In this document: one piece after another, positions 57,005 to 64,000 of the stretch | Position numbering within the stretch: position 1 is the stretch's first letter | How the letters are laid out: the number at the start of each line of letters is the position of its first letter | From: an uncultured virus (IMG/VR IMGVR_UViG_3300024259_001989) | Lineage: Duplodnaviria; Heunggongvirae; Uroviricota; Caudoviricetes | DNA length: 64,000 bases | Reading direction: 5' to 3' (one strand) | IMG/VR virus record: IMGVR_UViG_3300024259_001989 | Translations under genes and position numbers: made by a program | The notes under the pieces: model-generated | Databases searched by the model: none | Told to the model about the DNA's origin: nothing | What the model saw: the letters and a program-made list of their open reading frames with translations, nothing else

Positions 57005-57808
57005 ATGGAATATAGTTTACCATTCGAAAAGTTGATAGAGTTGTGTTCAAAAAAAATACTCGCTAAAGTTCCTAAAGTGTCAGGTTCAATGGAAGGTGCT
57101 TTTAATGGTGGAGATTATTTGGGTAGGCCAGGAAAAGATATTTTTTTTGCTTTGCCGAAACTAGATGAAAAGCAATTCAATCAGGTGGTAGAGACTCTGA
57201 GTGATAGGTTCCCTTATGACCCTCCTACCAATCACGTAGGTTATGCTGGTTGCATTAGGTATATCTATGGTCAATTTGAGAAACAAGGCATCCTGAGGTC
57301 AGAGGAAGACCTACAGAGGATGCAGGGAGAGGATATTGATTGGAATCTTCCAAGAAAATTTATGTATACTTTGAGAGATAAGTTTTTAGAACAAAAAAAT
57401 TACTATGGTGTTTGTATCTATTACGAGATGGAGGCTCACAGATTGGGAGATGAATCTTTTCTTAATGATGATCAGGATAAAAGAGAATATATGGAATGGA
57501 ATTATTTGCAGTCTGTTAAATATGCATATAAATGTGGGAGTTTAAAACAAATGTTTACTCCTTATTTCTGGTGTTTTAAATATTATGCAAGATTGGGAGA
57601 TCATAAGAAGGCACTAGATTACGTTCTAAAGACGTTGGAGCAAATGGAGAAGCATTGCCCTAGTCCTAAACAGGGCTATCTCGTTAAAGCAATGGACTGT
57701 GCTGGATATATGAAAAAACATCATTCTAAAAAGTGGAAAGAAATATTACTACATTATAGGAAAACTGGTAAGAATGATTGCATAAGGAAGATGGTTAAAA
57801 AATGTTAA
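57005..57808 (+). CDS. hypothetical helical protein
   Basis: 267 aa ORF. Confidence 0.55.
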   Translation: MEYSLPFEKLIELCSKKILAKVPKVSGSMEGAFNGGDYLGRPGKDIFFALPKLDEKQFNQVVETLSDRFPYDPPTNHVGYAGCIRYIYGQFEKQGILRSEEDLQRMQGEDIDWNLPRKFMYTLRDKFLEQKNYYGVCIYYEMEAHRLGDESFLNDDQDKREYMEWNYLQSVKYAYKCGSLKQMFTPYFWCFKYYARLGDHKKALDYVLKTLEQMEKHCPSPKQGYLVKAMDCAGYMKKHHSKKWKEILLHYRKTGKNDCIRKMVKKC

Positions 57809-58509
57809 ATATAGATTTTACTACAACTTCATGTTGTCGATATGATTTACTTTCTAGAACTTATAATAGTTTTGTTAGTAATTTTGCAGGTATAAATTTT
57901 AAACAATCTACGTTATTCTTAAATCTAGATCATTATGAAGGCTTTGGAGATGTAGAAAAGAGTATCGAGGTGGCTAAATCTTTTTTTGGAAATGTTGTTC
58001 ATAACGTTTCAGAGCAGCCAAATTTTGCCAAGGCCGTAAAATGGTGTTGGAGTAATGATTTTAATACAGATTTTGTTTTTCATCTTGAAGAAGATTGGCA
58101 GTTGCTTAAGCCTGTCGAGATCGATGATTTGATTAATGTGTTTAAAAAAAATGATTCAGATGTAGTTAGTGTTAGGTTGAGAAGTAGAGGGAGATTAAGA
58201 GAGGGTGTTGATAATGCTATTATTCTAGCTCCATCTTTATTTAAAAAAGATTTTTTACAGATACATAAATATATGAATGACAATAAAAACCCAGAGAAGA
58301 GTATACATGATATTGATTTTTGCGCTAGGAGGCAGATTAGTAAAGAAATGAGAATTAAAAAATCTTATTCTTATGTTTTTACAAATGCGAATATGAAGAA
58401 AAATGATAAATCTAGTAGTCTTGTAGAAGATATTGGTAGAGAATGGAGGAATGAAAAAAAATGTTCCCTACAAAAGAGAGGTGTTATTTGGAGGTTTGAA
58501 GGATGTTAG
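57802..58509 (+). CDS. GT-A-like glycosyltransferase
   Basis: RYDLL..T..SF, FHLEEDW. Confidence 0.7.
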   Translation: MLNIDFTTTSCCRYDLLSRTYNSFVSNFAGINFKQSTLFLNLDHYEGFGDVEKSIEVAKSFFGNVVHNVSEQPNFAKAVKWCWSNDFNTDFVFHLEEDWQLLKPVEIDDLINVFKKNDSDVVSVRLRSRGRLREGVDNAIILAPSLFKKDFLQIHKYMNDNKNPEKSIHDIDFCARRQISKEMRIKKSYSYVFTNANMKKNDKSSSLVEDIGREWRNEKKCSLQKRGVIWRFEGC

Positions 58510-59177
58510 ATATAACTACAACAGCCACTGTTAGACCAGATTTATTTTATCAAACTCTTAAATCTTTTACTAAGAATTTATTTACCAATAAAAAGGAGTA
58601 TCGTTTGATCTTAAATATAGATCCCATAGGAGAAGATGAAGATCCTATGGAGATGGTAAAAGTAGGTAAGAAGTTTTTTAATGATGTAGTTTATAATATC
58701 CCTGATAAACCCAACTTCGCTCAAGCGTGCAAGTGGTGCTGGCAAAATGCTGATTCAGAATATATTTTTCATTTGGAAGATGACTGGGAGTTAGAAAGAA
58801 GGATACTCATCGGCAATTTGTGTTTTATAATGCAGAAAAATATAAATATGATGTCTTTACGAATGCCAAAATCTACTTTGGCTAAATTAGACAAGAAAGA
58901 TGTTAGAAAGGGTTTTATACATCATCATAAGCTTCTGTTAAATCCGACATTATTTAGAGGTGATTTTATTAGAGATATAGCTAGCAAAATGAATATCGTT
59001 GATAATCCTGAGAAGCAATTAAGAAAAGTGTTCAAGTTAACAAAGGATGAAGTTGCTGGGATCTATTGTGGATTAGGAAAGGGCGTATATTTAAAACATA
59101 ATGGTAGAAGATGGCAAAGGGCTAGTAATTATAAAAAAATAAAAGGTTCTAATTTTATAACTTGGGAGAAAAAGTAA
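58503..59177 (+). CDS. GT-A-like glycosyltransferase, paralog
   Basis: RPDL...TL.SF, FHLEDDW. Confidence 0.7.
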   Translation: MLDITTTATVRPDLFYQTLKSFTKNLFTNKKEYRLILNIDPIGEDEDPMEMVKVGKKFFNDVVYNIPDKPNFAQACKWCWQNADSEYIFHLEDDWELERRILIGNLCFIMQKNINMMSLRMPKSTLAKLDKKDVRKGFIHHHKLLLNPTLFRGDFIRDIASKMNIVDNPEKQLRKVFKLTKDEVAGIYCGLGKGVYLKHNGRRWQRASNYKKIKGSNFITWEKK

Positions 59178-60104
59178 ATGAAAGTTTGCATATTAGAGGA
59201 CTATAACAAAGATACGAGTGGTAAGCATAAATTTTTAAATAGGCTTGTCAAATACTTCCAAGGTAATGGCATAAAGATGGTCAATAACAATGCCGATATA
59301 GTGCTTCATATCGGAAGAGACCGCAAAAGAGTAAAGAAAATTAACACTAAGAAAATCATAATGAGAATAGACGGTCTTATTCTTAATAAATCTGCTCCTT
59401 ACGAGAAAAATAATAACAAAATACTCAAGTATATAAATATGAGTGATGGATTAATTTATCAAGGTGATTTTTGCAAGTTAGCTTATGAAAAATTTCTTAA
59501 AGTTAATAAAAAGCATGCTTGCATTCATAACGGAGCTAATCCCAATGAATTTTTAAAGAGAGATGTAAAAAATTATTATCTAACTTTTTGCAAATGGAGA
59601 CCACACAAAAGATTAACCAATGTGTGTAATGGTTTTATAGATGCTTGTAATAAGGGGTTAGATTCTATTTTGTATGTTGGAGGGAATGTGGAAGATAAGG
59701 ATAAAATTCTGCATCCTCAAATCAAGTACATAGGATGGCAATCAACTGAAAAAATGAAAGAATATCTTGCAGGAGCTATAGCTACTATACATCTATCTTG
59801 GTTGGATTGGTGCCCAAATGCTATGGTGGAATCTATTATGGCTGGTTGCCCTATTATATACTCTGATTCTGGAGGATCTTCAGAGATAGGTAAGTTTGGA
59901 GGAGTGCTTATCAAAGATGTTCAATGGAACTTCAAGCCTCTAGAACTTTATGACCCTCCTATACTAAGCACGAATGAAATATCTGATGCTTTATTTTACG
60001 CGAAAAATAATGTTATTCAAGTGAATAGAAGTCATCTAGATATCAATCATATAGGAGAAAAATATGTTAACTTTTTTGAAGAGGTTCTATCTTGTCAAAA
60101 ATAA
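59178..60104 (+). CDS. GT4 glycosyltransferase
   Basis: DWCPNAMVESIMAGCP; paralog of 51285..52229. Confidence 0.85.
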   Translation: MKVCILEDYNKDTSGKHKFLNRLVKYFQGNGIKMVNNNADIVLHIGRDRKRVKKINTKKIIMRIDGLILNKSAPYEKNNNKILKYINMSDGLIYQGDFCKLAYEKFLKVNKKHACIHNGANPNEFLKRDVKNYYLTFCKWRPHKRLTNVCNGFIDACNKGLDSILYVGGNVEDKDKILHPQIKYIGWQSTEKMKEYLAGAIATIHLSWLDWCPNAMVESIMAGCPIIYSDSGGSSEIGKFGGVLIKDVQWNFKPLELYDPPILSTNEISDALFYAKNNVIQVNRSHLDINHIGEKYVNFFEEVLSCQK

Positions 60105-60571
60105 TAACTATACCAACGTCTTCATTATTTTTTCCCTATAAGCCTGATTTAGAACATTACTATAAAGAGTACTGGAGGAAAGATGGTAACTATTTATGGA
60201 TGGGTAATCATCCGTTAGCCTTGTTTGCAGAAGATTATGTAAAATATGGTGATAAAGTTTTAGAAAATTTAGATAACCATACGTTTATAATTTATGAGTA
60301 CGATAGGTATTCTGAAGCTCCGACTGTTAAAAACGATACACATAAATACAATGCTTCAAAGAGAATAATGAATATGGTGGACTCTGTAAAAAAACATGGG
60401 TATTGTTCAGGAAAATATGATAAATCCAAACATTTGATAAGAGTGTTTAGAGCTACTGATGATAGATATATGTCAGGAAAAGAAGTCTATGTTTTGAAGA
60501 GTAAAAAGCATAGAGCATCAGCATGTTGTGCCTTAGGTATTAAGGATATAAAGGTAAAGGTTATCAATTAG
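60092..60571 (+). CDS. hypothetical protein (possible ParB/Srx-like)
   Basis: SVKKHGY...KHRASA..ALG. Confidence 0.45.
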   Translation: MSKIITIPTSSLFFPYKPDLEHYYKEYWRKDGNYLWMGNHPLALFAEDYVKYGDKVLENLDNHTFIIYEYDRYSEAPTVKNDTHKYNASKRIMNMVDSVKKHGYCSGKYDKSKHLIRVFRATDDRYMSGKEVYVLKSKKHRASACCALGIKDIKVKVIN

Positions 60572-60572
60572 A

Positions 60573-61694
60573 ATGAAGAATATTTTACTAATTACTACTG
60601 TGTATAGAACAGGGGAAAAGATATATCCTATCATTCCTAAATTGTCGGAAAAATATAATATTCACGTTTTAAATATGTATCAAATGAGCAATAAAACACC
60701 ATGGGTTGATAAGAATGATCCACGTATAAATTTTTATAAGGTGTGTGATCGATATTGCTCTTATGTTACGCATGGGCCAAAATATATTCACGATAGCAAA
60801 GTAGATGCCGATAGTAATCTCAAGTTCGTCAATAAGATAGACAGATATTTGCAGAGAGATTATTATGACTTAGTTATTTGGGATAACAATATCACTATTA
60901 AGGGAGGAGAGTGGTCTGGCTTATACAAATGGTTTAATGATCAAAATATTATTAACATAGGCTGTCCTCACGGCAATAGAGAAGTTAAGTCTTATAGAAT
61001 TCATAAGAGGATAGGCAGGCTTTACGATTATTCTTTTGTTTTTGGGAATAAAGAAAAGAAAGCACTGGAAAAAATTTCTAAAGGCAAGTTGAAAAATAAG
61101 CTTTTTACAGGAGGCATACCTTCTAATGATAAGTTAAAACATTACAAGAGAGGGAATAAATATATTCTGATCATACCTAATTTTACAGATCCTTCTTTGG
61201 TGGCAGGTCAAACTTCTTGTTTCTCCATATTTACAAAAAATCTTTTTGAAGAATTAAAGATTGAAGAATTGAGTAAAGAATATGATTGTGATGTTATCAT
61301 TAAAGAAAAGCTTAAACTATATTATCCTACCAATTTTTTAAAAAAGGAGTTGAAGTCGTATAAAAATGTTCATTGTATTGATTACTATGAGGATGATAAT
61401 CAGCTTATAGCAGATGCCATCTGTGTTATAAGTTCTCCGTCTACGTTGGCTTTCAAATCTATTCAGATGGGGATACCGACTGTCCTACTGAAGGGTCATG
61501 GCATGAATGGTAATTTTTCAGATTATCCATGGGTTATAAAAAATGATCCAGTGAAGTTGAGAGAATTTATTAATAAACAAAAAGAAGCAGGTAAAAATGT
61601 TAAATTTATTACAGATACGTTAGAAGGTGGATTAGATTTTAATTCTGCCGATATTTATATTGATAGAATAAATAAAATACTAGGAGAAAATTAA
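60573..61694 (+). CDS. GT-B-like protein (capsule/glycerophosphotransferase-like)
   Basis: PHG, GGIP, LIA....IS..STLA...GIPTV. Confidence 0.55.
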   Translation: MKNILLITTVYRTGEKIYPIIPKLSEKYNIHVLNMYQMSNKTPWVDKNDPRINFYKVCDRYCSYVTHGPKYIHDSKVDADSNLKFVNKIDRYLQRDYYDLVIWDNNITIKGGEWSGLYKWFNDQNIINIGCPHGNREVKSYRIHKRIGRLYDYSFVFGNKEKKALEKISKGKLKNKLFTGGIPSNDKLKHYKRGNKYILIIPNFTDPSLVAGQTSCFSIFTKNLFEELKIEELSKEYDCDVIIKEKLKLYYPTNFLKKELKSYKNVHCIDYYEDDNQLIADAICVISSPSTLAFKSIQMGIPTVLLKGHGMNGNFSDYPWVIKNDPVKLREFINKQKEAGKNVKFITDTLEGGLDFNSADIYIDRINKILGEN

Positions 61695-62230
61695 TGTCTT
61701 TAAAATTACATTTAGGCTGTGGTGATAAGCATATCGATGGATACGTTAATATAGATATAAGACCGATGGAGGCAGTCGATAAGGTTGATAATATAAAATA
61801 TTTACGTTCATTTAAAAAAGATAGTGTTGACGTTATTTATTCGGCATCAGTTCTTGAACATTTTATAAGATGGGAATATAAAAACGCTTTGAGAAGATGG
61901 TATGAAATATTAAAGCATGGGGGAGTACTAAGATTAGGTGTTCCCGATTTTGGGGCCATTATGAAATATTATAATCAGAGTGGAGATATTGATAAGGTGA
62001 TTGGTCTATTATATGGAGGTCAAGATTACGACCAAAATTTTCATCATATGTGTTGGGATTTTAAAAGTTTGAAAAGAGATTTGGAAGAATTGGGTTTCAA
62101 GAATGTTCACAGGTATGATTGGAGAGATACTGAGCATTCTAATATTGATGATTTTAGTCAATCTTATTTACCCCATATGGACAAAGAGAATGGGATGTTA
62201 ATTCATCTTAATGTGGAGGCAACTAAATAG
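61694..62230 (+). CDS. SAM-dependent methyltransferase (type 11-like)
   Basis: LHLGCG...GYVNID, IY...VLEH, LK.GG.LRLGVPD. Confidence 0.85.
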   Translation: MSLKLHLGCGDKHIDGYVNIDIRPMEAVDKVDNIKYLRSFKKDSVDVIYSASVLEHFIRWEYKNALRRWYEILKHGGVLRLGVPDFGAIMKYYNQSGDIDKVIGLLYGGQDYDQNFHHMCWDFKSLKRDLEELGFKNVHRYDWRDTEHSNIDDFSQSYLPHMDKENGMLIHLNVEATK

Positions 62231-62269
62231 AGAATATGTTTTCTGATAAATATAAAAATTTAATAACGA

Positions 62270-62965
62270 TTGCTTAGGATGAGAGATAAAAAAAAGATTT
62301 ATTTAATGGGCAGTTGCAGGTTGCTAAAGCCATTACGTGGTAGTATGGATAAGATGGACAAATATAATGGAGGTTATATTTATTCTTCTTCGGAAGTTAT
62401 TCAGGCTTTTAAAATTATGTCAGGAAGCATGGTTGTTTCGAAAGATTTAGAAAATTATGTTTTTTATGATTATGGAGTGCCTGAAAAAAAGTTATATAAT
62501 ATTTCTAAAATAGAAAAATTCATTATCGAAATAAGTTCCATTAAAAAATATATTTATGATGATTTTTTATTGTCCGCTTCTTTAATGATGAGAAAAGATG
62601 ATTTTTCAGAATATGATATTTTAAAAGATATTAGGCCTATTAAAGAGTCCGAGGAAGAAATGATTAATAATTTTTCTTTAATAAAAGATATTACAAAAAA
62701 TAAGAAAATTATATTTATATCTCATAATAATATGCCCTGCTTGGAAGTGCGTTACTTTATTAATAAAGTTTTAATAGAGTGGTGTAGCCGAAAAGATAAT
62801 AATCATACCTTTTATAATATTGATACATTTATAAAAAAAGAGAATAATCCAAATTCATTTTTCAGATGCCCTAAAGATCAAAAATACGAGATGGATTATA
62901 ACCATTATTCAAAAAAAGGACGTAAGAAAATAGCTAAGCTATACGGTTCTTTAATGGGAGATTAA
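62270..62965 (+). CDS. hypothetical protein (possible SGNH-like)
   Basis: GSCR...DYNHY. Confidence 0.45.
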   Translation: MLRMRDKKKIYLMGSCRLLKPLRGSMDKMDKYNGGYIYSSSEVIQAFKIMSGSMVVSKDLENYVFYDYGVPEKKLYNISKIEKFIIEISSIKKYIYDDFLLSASLMMRKDDFSEYDILKDIRPIKESEEEMINNFSLIKDITKNKKIIFISHNNMPCLEVRYFINKVLIEWCSRKDNNHTFYNIDTFIKKENNPNSFFRCPKDQKYEMDYNHYSKKGRKKIAKLYGSLMGD

Positions 62966-63013
62966 ATGAGAGTTTGTATTCATTTGTTTGCATATTAACT
63001 ACATTGATAAATT

Positions 63014-64000
63014 ATGAATATAATTACAATTATAGGTACAAGGCCTCAGTATATAAAACTTAAACCATTTTATGATTATTGTAAAGATAATGGTATATCT
63101 AATTACATTATAGATACTAATCAGCATTATTCTAATAATGTTTCTAAAAATTTAATAGAAGAATTAGGTTTAAAAATAGATTGCAATTTAAGAATAGAAT
63201 CTGGTGGAGAGATATCTTTTATTGCTAACGGTCTTCTATCTATTCAAAATAAATTAGAAGAAGTTAGTAATAAGGATAGCATAGTTATTGTTATAGGGGA
63301 TACCAATAGCACATTGATTTCATCTATTGTATCGAAAAAAATGGGGTTAAAGTTAGCGCATATAGAAGCAGGTATTCGTTGCTATGATAGGAATAGGCCA
63401 GAAGAGTTAAACAGAATATTGGTTGATGACCTTTCTGATATCCATTTTATATCTAGAGAAAGAGATAGGGAGAGCGTATCGAATCCTGTTTATGTCGGAG
63501 ATTTGGAATACTATTTTCTTAATAGTATCGAACATTTATACGGAGATATTTCTTATGATGGAAATATTTTATTAACCATACATCGGCAAGAGAACATGGA
63601 TGTTGATCATTTATATAGAATATTTGATCTTTGTGAGTCTATTAAATATCCTATTACTTTCCCCATACATCATAGAACAGATAATTTTGTTAAAAAGAAT
63701 GACATACTTATTCCTGATAATATAGAAGTCATTGAGCCGATAAGTTATATAGATATGATTTCTTTCATGAGAGGTTGCAGGGGAATCATAAGTGATAGTG
63801 GAGGAATAACAAAGACTGCTCCGTTTTTTGGAAAGAAGTGTATCATTCCTTTATATCAAGTTGAGTGGAGAGAAGTAATATCAGAGGGATATGCTATTAA
63901 TTATTTAAATAAGCATTTATTTGACGATTATAAAATAGAACGTAACACGGATTTATATTATGTAAAAAATAGTTGTGAGATAATAGTTAATAAAATTTTG
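63014..64000 (+). CDS. wecB: UDP-N-acetylglucosamine 2-epimerase (3' partial)
   Basis: MNIITIIGTRPQYIK, QHY, GDTNS, HIEAGIR, PEE.NR, SDSGG; no stop before window end. Confidence 0.9.
   Translation, partial: MNIITIIGTRPQYIKLKPFYDYCKDNGISNYIIDTNQHYSNNVSKNLIEELGLKIDCNLRIESGGEISFIANGLLSIQNKLEEVSNKDSIVIVIGDTNSTLISSIVSKKMGLKLAHIEAGIRCYDRNRPEELNRILVDDLSDIHFISRERDRESVSNPVYVGDLEYYFLNSIEHLYGDISYDGNILLTIHRQENMDVDHLYRIFDLCESIKYPITFPIHHRTDNFVKKNDILIPDNIEVIEPISYIDMISFMRGCRGIISDSGGITKTAPFFGKKCIIPLYQVEWREVISEGYAINYLNKHLFDDYKIERNTDLYYVKNSCEIIVNKIL

Noticed and set aside
221..59914. Numerous short minus-strand and nested ORFs in the track (e.g. 14908..15462, 25043..25432, 27080..27460)
   Set aside because: They are antisense shadows of well-supported + strand genes, with no motifs or RBS.
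1..64000. Stop-codon reassignment, tRNA or rRNA genes
   Set aside because: Conserved genes are uninterrupted under code 11 and end with all three stops. No cloverleaf or rRNA-like segment was seen by eye; tRNAscan was not run.

Overview
AT-rich, densely coding, almost entirely + strand segment that looks like a large (jumbo-type) bacteriophage genome. It uses the standard genetic code (TAA/TAG/TGA all act as stops), and I saw no tRNA, rRNA or CRISPR array. About 1-26 kb is a replication/recombination region: DnaB-like helicase, a primase apparently split into two genes, a DnaE-type polymerase broken into three genes (one break bridged by a natural split intein), SSB, RecA, PD-(D/E)xK exonuclease, UvrD and an intein-containing YkgJ-like protein. 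About 26-46 kb holds accessory, auxiliary-metabolic and probable anti-defence genes (CYTH, ACP, NeuA/NeuB/KdsC-like, Apyc1-like MBL, NADAR, PDF, radical SAM). About 47-64 kb is a large glycosylation/methylation island with ahcY and a UDP-GlcNAc 2-epimerase. Eight free-standing homing-endonuclease-like genes are interspersed. The strongest unexplained signal is 17 unrelated ORFs that all end in a conserved C-terminal tag, R-F-[DE]-I-L-D-L-stop, mostly in tandem arrays. Other notable signals are a covarying two-hairpin (kissing-loop) RNA-like leader upstream of two HNH genes, RHH-regulator plus endonuclease modules, two promoter-like motif classes, and paralogous genes with a conserved non-canonical ATC start. 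All product calls come from motif recognition by eye; no database searches were run.
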